From NCBI GenBank assembly GCA_902494765.1, contig CABUUK010000003.1, forward strand, positions 1,362 through 65,361: DNA of 64,000 nt, read 5' to 3'. The notes under the pieces are model-generated. The model worked only from the letters and a program-made list of their open reading frames with translations. It was not told where the DNA came from and ran no database searches. The position numbers and the translations under genes are program-made. Of this stretch, positions 10,571 through 19,264 are shown piece after piece. Within the stretch, counting starts at the first letter, position 1. Every line of letters begins with the position of its first letter. The stretch is from an uncultured Collinsella sp. (lineage in GTDB: Bacteria; Actinomycetota; Coriobacteriia; Coriobacteriales; Coriobacteriaceae).

Positions 10571-12349
10571 ATGGACGCCATCGTAAAGATGCTCGAAAAG
10601 CATCAGCCGTTCTTTGAGAAGATCTCGAGGAACATCTACCTCCAGGCTATTAAGGACGGATTCCTTGGGTGCATGCCCATCGTCCTCACCTCTTCGATCT
10701 TTCTGCTGATCGCCACGCTTCCCGGCGTGGTCGGCATCACGCTGCCCCAGCCGCTCATCGACTGGTGCAACAAGCTGTACAACTTCACCATGGGTGTCAT
10801 GGGCATCATGGTTGCCGGCACCACTGCCAAGAACTTCACGGCATCCATGAACCGTCGCATGCCCGCCGGCAAGGTGCTCAACGACGGCTCCACCATGGTG
10901 GCCGCCCAGTGCAGCATGCTGCTGCTCGCTGTTACGCAGTTCACCACCAAGTTCAACGGCTCCGAGCTTTCGGTCTTCGATTGCACCAGCATGGGTACGC
11001 GCGGTCTGTTCTCGGCCTATATCGCCGCGTTCATTACCGTGTGGGTCTACAAATTCTGCGTCTCGCGCGATCTGACCATTAAGCTGCCCAAGGAGGTTCC
11101 GGGCGCCATCGCTCAGAACTTCCGCGACATCATCCCCTTTGGCGGCGCCGTCATCATCTGCGGCATTATCGATGTCGTCGTGCGCAACCTCATGGGCGTT
11201 CCGTTCTCCGAGCTGCTTATCAAACTGCTCTCCCCGCTCTTTACCGCTGCAGAAACCTATCCTGGCCTTATCCTTATCCAGGCAGCCACCGCGTTCTTCT
11301 GGTTCATCGGCGTCCACGGCCCCTCGATCGTCCAGCCGGGCATCGACCCCATCCGTCTTGCCAACCAGGCCGAGAACCTGCAGGTTCTGCTGGCCGGTGG
11401 TCACCCCGCCCATTCCCTCACCTTCAACATGTCGCTCGTGGGTGAGTTCGGCGGCACCGGCGCCACGTTCATCGTGCCGCTTCTGCTGATTCTCTTTATG
11501 AAGTCCAAGCAGCTTAAAGCCGTCGGTAAGGCCTCGATTGTTCCTGTTGCCTTCGCTGTCAACGAACCGCTGCTCTTTGGCGCGCCGATGATCCTTAACC
11601 CCTACATGCTCATCCCCTTTGTTGCCGCCGGCTGCGTCAACGTGAGTGTTGCCAAGTTCTTTATCGACAACGTGGGCATGAACGGCTTCTCCTTCGTGGT
11701 GCCTTGGGCTACCCCTGCCCCCATCGGCATCTTCATCACCACGAACTTCCAGCTTATCGCCCTGGTATTTGTCGCGATCATCATCTTGCTGGACGCCATC
11801 ATCTACCTACCGTTCTTGAAGGCATACGATAAGCTGCTCTGCGACCAGGAGGCCGAGCGCGCCGCCGAGCTGGGTCTCGAGTCCGATGGTGCTGCCACCA
11901 TCGCCGCCAACGCCTCTGCGCCCGCTATCGAGCAGACTACCGTCTCCGTCGAGCCGACCGCCGCTGCCGCCGACAGCAAGCCTGTCGCCGATCAGCCCGA
12001 GCCCGCCGCCGACGCATCCGCTAAGAAAGATGTCGACGGTCTGAAGGTCCTCGTCCTGTGCGCCGGCGCCGGCACCTCTGCCATGCTTGCCAACGCCATC
12101 AAGGAAGGTGCTGCGCAGACCGGAGAGAACATCGCCTCCTCCGCAGGCGCCTATGGCCAGCACACTGCCATCATGGATCAGTACGACGTTATCGTGCTTG
12201 CCCCGCAGGTCCGTAGCTACTACAACGACATGAAGGCCGACACCGATCGCCTGGGCATTAAGCTGCTCGCCCCGCGCGGTAAGGAATATATCGACCTTAC
12301 CCGCGACCCCGCTGGCGCCATCAAGTGGCTCCGCGAGAACCTCGACTAG
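10571..12349 (+). CDS. PTS lactose-family IICB paralog
   Basis: AIKDGF, GVHGPSIV, NEPLLFG; IIB motif CAGAGTS; RBS AAGGAG. Confidence 0.88.
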   Translation: MDAIVKMLEKHQPFFEKISRNIYLQAIKDGFLGCMPIVLTSSIFLLIATLPGVVGITLPQPLIDWCNKLYNFTMGVMGIMVAGTTAKNFTASMNRRMPAGKVLNDGSTMVAAQCSMLLLAVTQFTTKFNGSELSVFDCTSMGTRGLFSAYIAAFITVWVYKFCVSRDLTIKLPKEVPGAIAQNFRDIIPFGGAVIICGIIDVVVRNLMGVPFSELLIKLLSPLFTAAETYPGLILIQAATAFFWFIGVHGPSIVQPGIDPIRLANQAENLQVLLAGGHPAHSLTFNMSLVGEFGGTGATFIVPLLLILFMKSKQLKAVGKASIVPVAFAVNEPLLFGAPMILNPYMLIPFVAAGCVNVSVAKFFIDNVGMNGFSFVVPWATPAPIGIFITTNFQLIALVFVAIIILLDAIIYLPFLKAYDKLLCDQEAERAAELGLESDGAATIAANASAPAIEQTTVSVEPTAAAADSKPVADQPEPAADASAKKDVDGLKVLVLCAGAGTSAMLANAIKEGAAQTGENIASSAGAYGQHTAIMDQYDVIVLAPQVRSYYNDMKADTDRLGIKLLAPRGKEYIDLTRDPAGAIKWLRENLD

Positions 12350-12424
12350 TTCCTCCCTCTGTTGGTGCCCGGATCCCCAGTTCGGGCACCTCTCCCTATT
12401 CGTATCCCACAGAAAGGATGACTC

Positions 12425-13846
12425 ATGACCAACCCCATGCAGTTCCCCGACGGCTTTGTATTTGGCGGCGCCACCGCCGCTTACCAGGTTGAGGGCGAGA
12501 CCCGCACGCACGGCAAGGGCAAAGTGCCCTGGGACGATTTCCTGGCAGCTCAGGGTCGCTTCTCCCCCAATCCCGCAAGCGATTTCTACAACAAGTACCC
12601 GGTCGATATCGACCTGTGCCAGCGCTTCGGCATCAACGGCATCCGCGTCTCCATCGCTTGGAGCCGCATCTTCCCCAATGGCACCGGCGAGATTAACCCC
12701 GAGGGCGTCGCTTTCTATCACGAGCTTTTCGCCACCTGCAACAAAGCTGGCGTTATCCCCTATGTCACGCTCGATCACTTCGATACGCCCGAGGCCTTTT
12801 ACCAGAACGGCGACGAGGGTTTCCTGACGCGCACGACGATCGACGCCTTTGTCGAGTACGCCAAGTTCTGCTTTGCCGAATTCACCGAGGTCAAGCACTG
12901 GTTTACCTTTAACGAGATCCCCGCGACCGCCGAGGGCAGCTTTATCGTCGGCAACTGGCCGCACGGCGAGAAGTATCGCCTGGATAAGGCCTTCCAGCTC
13001 ATGCACAACATGATGCTGGCCCATGCCAAGGCCGTCGTCGCTTTCCACGAGGGCGGCTTTGAGGGCGAGATCGGCATTGTCCAGAACCTGGAGCCCAAGT
13101 ATCCCCTCGACCCCAACAACGCCGCCGACTGCGAGGCAGCTCGCATGGCCGACGTCATCAACAACCGCTGGGTACTCGACGCCACCTTCCGCGGCCACTA
13201 TGCAGCCGATACCATGGAGGCTGCGACCGAGCTGGCCCATATCGCCGGCGGCGAGCTCGACGTCCGCGACGAGGACATCGCCGCGCTGACCGCCGCGCTC
13301 CCCTACAACGATTGCCTGGGCGTCAACACCTACAAGTGCCAGTTCCTGCGTGCCGCCGAGGGCGAAAACGACATCAACCACAATGGCACCGGCGACAAGG
13401 GCTCCTCGCGCTGGTTCCTCAAGGGCGTGGGCGAGTCATGCGTGCGTGAAGGCGTACCCACCACCGATTGGGACTGGATCATCTATCCCGAGGGCCTGTA
13501 CGACCTGCTGCTGCGCATTAAGAACGATTACCCCAACTACAAGAAGATCTACATCACCGAGAACGGCATGGGCTATAAGGACGACTTTGAGGACGGCTTT
13601 ATCGACGACGCCCCTCGCATCGACTACATGCGTCAGCATCTCGCGTGGATCCTCAAGGCAATCGACGGCGGCGTAAACGTCGACGGCTACTTTGTGTGGT
13701 CGCTGCAGGACCAGTTCTCCTGGACCAACGGCTACAACAAGCGCTATGGCCTGTTCTACATCGACTTTGAGACCCAGAAGCGCTATCCCAAGGCGAGCGC
13801 GTACTGGTACAAGAACGTCGCGGAGACCGGCCTGCTTATGGCCTAG
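12425..13846 (+). CDS. lacG: GH1 6-phospho-beta-galactosidase paralog
   Basis: TFNEI, ITENG, FSWTNGYNKRYG; close paralog of 2550-3989. Confidence 0.87.
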   Translation: MTNPMQFPDGFVFGGATAAYQVEGETRTHGKGKVPWDDFLAAQGRFSPNPASDFYNKYPVDIDLCQRFGINGIRVSIAWSRIFPNGTGEINPEGVAFYHELFATCNKAGVIPYVTLDHFDTPEAFYQNGDEGFLTRTTIDAFVEYAKFCFAEFTEVKHWFTFNEIPATAEGSFIVGNWPHGEKYRLDKAFQLMHNMMLAHAKAVVAFHEGGFEGEIGIVQNLEPKYPLDPNNAADCEAARMADVINNRWVLDATFRGHYAADTMEAATELAHIAGGELDVRDEDIAALTAALPYNDCLGVNTYKCQFLRAAEGENDINHNGTGDKGSSRWFLKGVGESCVREGVPTTDWDWIIYPEGLYDLLLRIKNDYPNYKKIYITENGMGYKDDFEDGFIDDAPRIDYMRQHLAWILKAIDGGVNVDGYFVWSLQDQFSWTNGYNKRYGLFYIDFETQKRYPKASAYWYKNVAETGLLMA

Positions 13847-13866
13847 TTTCAGTCACATACCCTGTC

Positions 13867-13915
13867 GGCCGCATGTGAATCCCCCACGGGCTCGCATGCG
13901 GCCTTTTTGTTTTTT
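13867..13915 (+). terminator. Intrinsic terminator after module 3
   Basis: GGCCGCATG...CATGCGGCC followed by TTTTTGTTTTTT. Confidence 0.75.
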
Positions 13916-13938
13916 GGTGAGCCCGAGCGGATCATTCG

Positions 13939-14233
13939 TCTCGATCTGTAACATCTAGCAGGGATTTTCGGCCCCAGCTGTTACGGATCGAGACAAACAG
14001 AACGCCCGAGCAGAAATGTCTAAATCTGTAACACGTAGCCCACTTTCGACCGTCTACCTGTTACAGATCGAGACGAACGCGCGGGCCAATCCATTCAATC
14101 TCAATCTGTAACATCTAGACGACTATTTCACCCCTATCCGTTACAGATTCAGACAAATGGAATCGGCCAGGCAGAAAATCTCGATCTGTAACATCTAGAT
14201 GAGCTTTTCTCCCCTAACTGTTACAGATCGAGA
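13939..14233. repeat. 40-bp-phased palindromic array, 4 units (exact 80-bp period)
   Basis: Forward 15-mers at 13939, 14019, 14099 and 14179, with inverted copies 40 bp after each; all gaps are 25 nt. Confidence 0.93.
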
Positions 14234-14438
14234 CAATCGGATGGTAGAATCCAAACTATCCAATCAGCTATGGAGCGCAGCCTCAAGTTTTCGGTATCAC
14301 GAACGGGCTTTCGGTATCATTTGGTGCTGATATGACACCAAAAGCCCGTTCGGCTATGCGAGAGAATCCGGTGCGCCAGCTCGGCCAAACCACAGGCCCA
14401 CAAACTTCATTTACCCGCAGAACGTCACTGCATCCACG

Positions 14439-14554
14439 TTTGCGTGTCAAATCGCGTCACATTGACACGTAAAATGACACGCAAATTTTTTCGTGTCATA
14501 ATTTTGACGCGTAAAATGACGTGTAAAATTTTACGTGTCATTTTTCACGTCAAA
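14439..14554. repeat. Cluster of about nine 12-bp TGACACGTAAAA-like motifs in both orientations
   Basis: Forward at 14463, 14475, 14505, 14517; reverse at 14439, 14451, 14487, 14529, 14541. Confidence 0.85.
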
Positions 14555-14577
14555 TTGAAGCGAAACGGAGCAACACG

Positions 14578-15834
14578 ATGCAAGAATCCAAAGATCTTGA
14601 ATTCAAGGAATGCGTCACCAATTCGTTCCTTAAAACCGTCTCCGCTTATGCAAATGGCACGGGAGGACGCGTTCTATTTGGAATTAACGACGACGGAGAA
14701 GCCGTTGGCCTCGATGATCCCAAGCAGACCTGCCTAGATATCGAAAACAAGATTAACGATTCGATCATCCCCCAGCCTGACTACTCCCTAAAAATCAACG
14801 AGCTCGATGCAACCGTAGAGCTTACGGTCTTTCCCGGCAGATCGAAGCCTTACCTATACCGCTCGAAGGCATACAAGCGCAATGACACCGCGACCATACC
14901 AGTTGATACCCTAGGCCTTTCGCGTCTTGTACTCGAGGGTCAAAACCTCTCCTTTGAACAGCTCCCGGCAAGCAAGCAAGATCTATCTTTCACCGTTTTA
15001 GAGAATCGCCTAAAAGCAAAGCTCTCACTTCAGTCATTCACAACCGATACTCTCAAAACCCTCGGCCTGCTCGATGAGACCGGAACCTACAACAACGCGG
15101 CAGAACTGCTCGCGGACGAGAACGATTTCCCAGGTATCGACATGGCGGTGTTTGGCGACACCATCAATCTCATTAAGCAGCGCAAAACTCTCGAACATGC
15201 ATCGGTTTTAACGGAGATTGACGGCGCTCTTGAACTATTTGAAACTCAGTACTGTTACGAAGAGATCAAGGGAATGGAGCGGGTCCGCAAGGAGCTCATT
15301 CCGCTCGAAGCATTCCGCGAGGCCATTACCAATGCAATCGTTCACAGGACTTGGGATGTACCCGCGCACATTCGCATCTCGATGTTCGACGACCGCGTGG
15401 AAGTCGCCTCGCCCGGCGGCTTGCCAGCAAGCATGACTGTCGATGAATACCTGTCCGACATGCTATCCGTTAGACGCAATCGTATTCTTGCCGAAGTCTT
15501 TTTGCGCCTGGGTCTTATCGAAGCCTTTGGAACGGGCATCATGCGAATTCGCGACACCTATAAGGACAGCGTCAGAAAGCCCCGGTTTCAAGTTTCGGAT
15601 AACGCCATTGTGGTCACACTTCCCCTGCTCATGGATAACCCGGGGCTCAAGGGCGACGAACTTATCGTATTCGAACTGTTGAGTAGCGCACATCCTCAAT
15701 CGACAGGTGAGCTTGCAGCCAAAGTTAGCTTCAGCCGCTCGAAGCTCAATCGCATCCTCAAAAAACTCGTTGAGACAGGCCTGGCGACAGTTGAAGGCAC
15801 CGGCAGGGGGCAGAAGTATCGCCTGCTGCGTTAG
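14578..15834 (+). CDS. Schlafen AlbA_2 domain + HATPase_c_4-like (RecG C-terminal-like) domain + C-terminal wHTH protein
   Basis: ESKDLEFKE and SAYANGTGG..FGINDDG (AlbA_2); REAITNAIVHR, VASPGGL, RNRILAEVF..LGLIEAFGTGI; C-terminal HTH; more AT-rich than neighbours. Confidence 0.85.
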   Translation: MQESKDLEFKECVTNSFLKTVSAYANGTGGRVLFGINDDGEAVGLDDPKQTCLDIENKINDSIIPQPDYSLKINELDATVELTVFPGRSKPYLYRSKAYKRNDTATIPVDTLGLSRLVLEGQNLSFEQLPASKQDLSFTVLENRLKAKLSLQSFTTDTLKTLGLLDETGTYNNAAELLADENDFPGIDMAVFGDTINLIKQRKTLEHASVLTEIDGALELFETQYCYEEIKGMERVRKELIPLEAFREAITNAIVHRTWDVPAHIRISMFDDRVEVASPGGLPASMTVDEYLSDMLSVRRNRILAEVFLRLGLIEAFGTGIMRIRDTYKDSVRKPRFQVSDNAIVVTLPLLMDNPGLKGDELIVFELLSSAHPQSTGELAAKVSFSRSKLNRILKKLVETGLATVEGTGRGQKYRLLR

Positions 15835-16599
15835 CTAGCAGATGACCTGCGTATGTTCCTCGATGGCGGCACGATCTTCGGCGGAGATGCTCGGCTCACA
15901 TACCACGGCGTCCAGGCTGTCCAGGCGGCAGAAGGTGTAGAAGTCGCGCTTGCCGATCTTGCTGGAGTCGGCGATCAGATAGCGCGAGTCTGCTTTGCTA
16001 AAAGCGAGCTGCTGGATACGGCCCTCGTCCATGTTGGACGTAGATACGTCACCGTCCAAGATGCCGTTGGCGCCGATAAACGCCGCATCGATGCCCAGCG
16101 CACGCAGGGTATCCTCAGCCGTTGGCCCCACAAAAGCGGCGGTGCGGCGACGGTACATACCGCCCACGAGGCACAGGTCGCAATCTTCGCGCGCCTCGAG
16201 CAGGTTAAACACCGAAAGCGAATTAGTCACGATGCGCAGGCGAAACGCCGGCAGCATCGAGGCCATCTGCTCAACCGTGGTGCCCGTACCCAAAAAGATG
16301 GTCGAGCCCTCCTCGATAAGCTCCACAGCACGGCGCGCGATCTGCAGCTTTTCCTCGGCATGCTTGGTGCGCTTTTCGCTGTGCGAATACTCATGGCGCA
16401 GCATAGCGTGGGGGCGACCCTGCGCACTACGGGCTCCACCGTGCACGCGCTCGATCTCGCCCAGGTTCGCAAGTTCCTCAAGGTCGCGACGAATCGTCAT
16501 ATCCGAGACACCTAACGCATCCGAAATCTCCTTGACCGAGACCGTGCCCTGCTCTTCGAGCAGCTGACGAACCTTATCCTGTCGCTCTGCCTTAATCAC
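15835..16599 (-). CDS. lacR: DeoR/GlpR-family regulator (LacR-like)
   Basis: VSDMTIRRDL HTH, RVHGGA, IFLGTGTT, ADSSKIG; GTG start. Confidence 0.85.
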   Translation of the reverse strand: MIKAERQDKVRQLLEEQGTVSVKEISDALGVSDMTIRRDLEELANLGEIERVHGGARSAQGRPHAMLRHEYSHSEKRTKHAEEKLQIARRAVELIEEGSTIFLGTGTTVEQMASMLPAFRLRIVTNSLSVFNLLEAREDCDLCLVGGMYRRRTAAFVGPTAEDTLRALGIDAAFIGANGILDGDVSTSNMDEGRIQQLAFSKADSRYLIADSSKIGKRDFYTFCRLDSLDAVVCEPSISAEDRAAIEEHTQVIC

Positions 16600-16805
16600 G
16601 ATGAATCCTCGCCGTTCTATGCGTGCATATCATTCAAACAATAACGAACAAATTGTATCAGACTCGCGCGCGTCAAAAATGAACGCCCGCACAGCTCCAA
16701 TCATCACTTTTTTGAGAAAAATACCCCCTGCTTTAGTGGGGTGTAGTGATAATCTCGCCTGTTCGCGCTACAGTTTGTCGGAAATACCTCGATGTTAGGA
16801 ACCAA

Positions 16806-17858
16806 ATGATCACTTCCGAGCTTTTCGGCACCGCGCCGTGCGGTACCCCCGTTCATCGTTACACCCTCAACGGGCCCGAGATCTGCGTTCGCATTATGGA
16901 CTATGGCGCCACCGTGCTGGGTATCGATGTGCCCGACATTCCCGGCAACGTGCGCGATGTGGTGCTGGGCTTCGATAAGCTCGAGGATTACTTTGACAAC
17001 CCCGCCTGCTTTGGCGCAACCATCGGGCCTGTGGCCAACCGCACTGCAGGTGCCACGATCACCATCGCCGGCACGGACTGGCATATGCCGGCCAACGAAG
17101 GCGCCAACAACCTACACAGCGATCTTGAGCACGGCCTGCACAAGCGCGTGTGGGACGTTGAGCTCGACGAGGTCCACAATGCCGTGCGCATGACCACCTC
17201 GCTTGAGGATGGCGAGCTGGGCCTTCCCGGCAACCGCACCTTTACAGCCGTGTTTACCGTGACGCGTACCGGCTGTTTCCGTATCGAATATGGCTGCGAG
17301 AGCGACTGCGCCACGTACGTGTCCATGACCAACCACACGTACTTTAACCTTGCCGGCCATAACGCCGGCATGGACTGCGAGCACTTCTTTGTTGCTAACG
17401 CTGCCCACTACCTGCCCATCAACGAGCAGAATATCCCCACCGGTGAAATCGCTCCGGTCGAGGGCACGCCGTTTGACTTCCGTGAGCTGCGCCCCGTCGC
17501 GCCCGGCATGGAAGCCGACGACCCGCAGATTAAGCAGGCCCGTGGCTACGACCACTGCCTGTGCATCGATGGCTATCAGTACGGCCGTAATCTGCGCCGC
17601 GCGATGCACGTCGAGGAGATGTGGACCGGTCGTGAGTTGGATTACTACACCACCGCCCCGGGCGTGCAGCTCTACACCGGCAACTGGCTGGGCGACGAGC
17701 ACGCCAAGGACGATGCCAACTATGGCTGGGGCGCTGGCTTTGCCCTCGAGGCAGAGATGTACCCCGACACACCGCACCAGCCGCTGTTCCCGCAGGGCAT
17801 TGTGGGCCCGGGTCACCCCTACAGCAATGTGATCGAATACCACTTTATGAGGCACTAA
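16806..17858 (+). CDS. galM: Aldose 1-epimerase (galactose mutarotase)
   Basis: GATIGPVANR, NNLH, TNHTYFNL, GYDH, QLYTGNWL, FALE. Confidence 0.9.
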   Translation: MITSELFGTAPCGTPVHRYTLNGPEICVRIMDYGATVLGIDVPDIPGNVRDVVLGFDKLEDYFDNPACFGATIGPVANRTAGATITIAGTDWHMPANEGANNLHSDLEHGLHKRVWDVELDEVHNAVRMTTSLEDGELGLPGNRTFTAVFTVTRTGCFRIEYGCESDCATYVSMTNHTYFNLAGHNAGMDCEHFFVANAAHYLPINEQNIPTGEIAPVEGTPFDFRELRPVAPGMEADDPQIKQARGYDHCLCIDGYQYGRNLRRAMHVEEMWTGRELDYYTTAPGVQLYTGNWLGDEHAKDDANYGWGAGFALEAEMYPDTPHQPLFPQGIVGPGHPYSNVIEYHFMRH

Positions 17859-17886
17859 GCCCACAACGCAACATATCGCACAGCAG

Positions 17887-17919
17887 CGCCCGCCGGCACC
17901 ACTGCCGACGGGCGTTTTT
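17887..17919 (+). terminator. Intrinsic terminator after galM
   Basis: CGCCCGCCGGCA...TGCCGACGGGCG followed by TTTTT. Confidence 0.7.
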
Positions 17920-17923
17920 CTAC

Positions 17924-17972
17924 CTAGTCATTGGGGACGTTCTTAAATGACTAGTCATTGGGGACAGTCTTT
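17924..17972. repeat. CTAG-bounded GGGGAC-core REP-like repeat cluster (left of IS)
   Basis: CTAGTCATTGGGGACGTTCTTAAATGACTAG at 17924-17954, overlapping a second copy through the shared CTAG. Confidence 0.85.
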
Positions 17973-17975
17973 AAC

Positions 17976-19261
17976 GGGACTGCGGACAAAAAGTTGGACC
18001 ATCAGGTCCGGTTTGGAGTCCGCATGACATACAGTAGAGCCGTAGTAGAGAGGGCCGGGGAGCTACGCCGCTCCGGGCTCTCGTGCAGGGAGATAGCCCG
18101 GGAGCTCGACGGGCCGAGCAAGAGCGCCGTCGCGCGCTGGACGAGGGCCGGGGCCGCGGGCGGAACCGTCGGGAGGGCGGTCGCGAAGATGGATCTGCCG
18201 AAGGTCGTCGGGGACGGTCCGGTGTACCCCGACATCGACCCGGACGACAAGGACGCCCTGATAGAGCGCCTCGTCCTGGAGAACGCCGTCCTCAGGGCGG
18301 TGAACGACGTTTTAAAAGCCGCGAGCCTCGACGGGATGTCGAACGGGGAGAAGACCCTGGTGATAGACCGCCTGAGGCCTGCGGGGAAGTGGTCCTTGAG
18401 AGAACTCACGAGTTCCTTGGGGATATCAAAGAGCTCCTATGAGTACCAGCACACGGCCATCGCGAGGCCCGACCGGCTCGCGGCCCTGCGCGCGCTCGTG
18501 CGCAGGGTATTCACCGAGGACGGCGAGGGGGCGCGGGGGTACCGCTTCGTGACGGCGCGCCTGCGCGAGCTCGACGAGCCCGTGCGCGCCTCGGAGAAGG
18601 TCGTCCTCCGCATCATGCGCGAGGAGGGCCTGGTCCCCAGGTGGATGAGGAGGAAGAGGAGGCCCTACAGCTCCTATGCGGGCGAGCCGACGCCGGCCCC
18701 GCCGAACCTCGTGCGCCGCGACTTCCGCTCGGCCCTGCCGAACTTCCTGTGGCTCACCGACATCACCGAGTTCAGGCTGCCCTCCGGCAGGAAGGTCTAC
18801 CTGTCGGCCATCAGGGACTGCTTCGACTCCTCGGTCGTGGCGTGGAGGGCCGGCGAGAGGCCGGACGCCGCGCTCGCCAACTCGACGCTCGAGGACGCCT
18901 GCGCGCTGCTCGCGCCCGGCGAGCGCCCCGTCATCCACTCCGACCGCGGCGGCCACTACCGCTGGCCCGGCTGGATCTCGATCTGCGAGGGGCACGGCCT
19001 CGCCAGGAGCATGTCCGCCAAGGGCTGCAGCCCGGACAACGCGGCGATGGAGGGCTTCTTCGGCCTGCTCAAGAGGGAGTTCTGGCACGGCAGGGACTGG
19101 TCGGGCTGGACCCCCGCCCGCTTCATCGAGGAGCTCGGGGGCTGGATCGGCCGATACAATACGGAGAGGCGCAGCGATGCGCTCGGCGGCCGCACGCCGG
19201 CCGAGTTCCGCGCCGCGCTGGGAAGGGCCGCGTAACGGTCCAAGAAATCGTCCGCAGTCCC
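17976..19261 (+). mobile_element. IS3-family insertion sequence, 1286 bp
   Basis: 25-bp imperfect terminal IRs GGGACTGCGGACAAAAAGTTGGACC / GGTCCAAGAAATCGTCCGCAGTCCC; 3-bp direct repeat AAC on both sides. Confidence 0.92.
18024..19235 (+). CDS. IS3-family transposase (single fused OrfAB frame)
   Basis: N-terminal HTH; GYR motif; DDE triad in WLTDITEF, IHSDRGGHY and DNAAMEGFFGLLKRE; YNTERR. Confidence 0.92.
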   Translation: MTYSRAVVERAGELRRSGLSCREIARELDGPSKSAVARWTRAGAAGGTVGRAVAKMDLPKVVGDGPVYPDIDPDDKDALIERLVLENAVLRAVNDVLKAASLDGMSNGEKTLVIDRLRPAGKWSLRELTSSLGISKSSYEYQHTAIARPDRLAALRALVRRVFTEDGEGARGYRFVTARLRELDEPVRASEKVVLRIMREEGLVPRWMRRKRRPYSSYAGEPTPAPPNLVRRDFRSALPNFLWLTDITEFRLPSGRKVYLSAIRDCFDSSVVAWRAGERPDAALANSTLEDACALLAPGERPVIHSDRGGHYRWPGWISICEGHGLARSMSAKGCSPDNAAMEGFFGLLKREFWHGRDWSGWTPARFIEELGGWIGRYNTERRSDALGGRTPAEFRAALGRAA

Positions 19262-19264
19262 AAC

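Noticed and set aside
13939..14233. CRISPR array
   Set aside because: Repeats alternate in orientation and are only 15 bp, loop sequences recur between loci, and no cas genes or leader are present.
14444..14737. 97-aa ORF with TRKMT repeats
   Set aside because: Translation of the 12-bp DNA motif lattice; overlaps the Schlafen gene out of frame and lacks an RBS.
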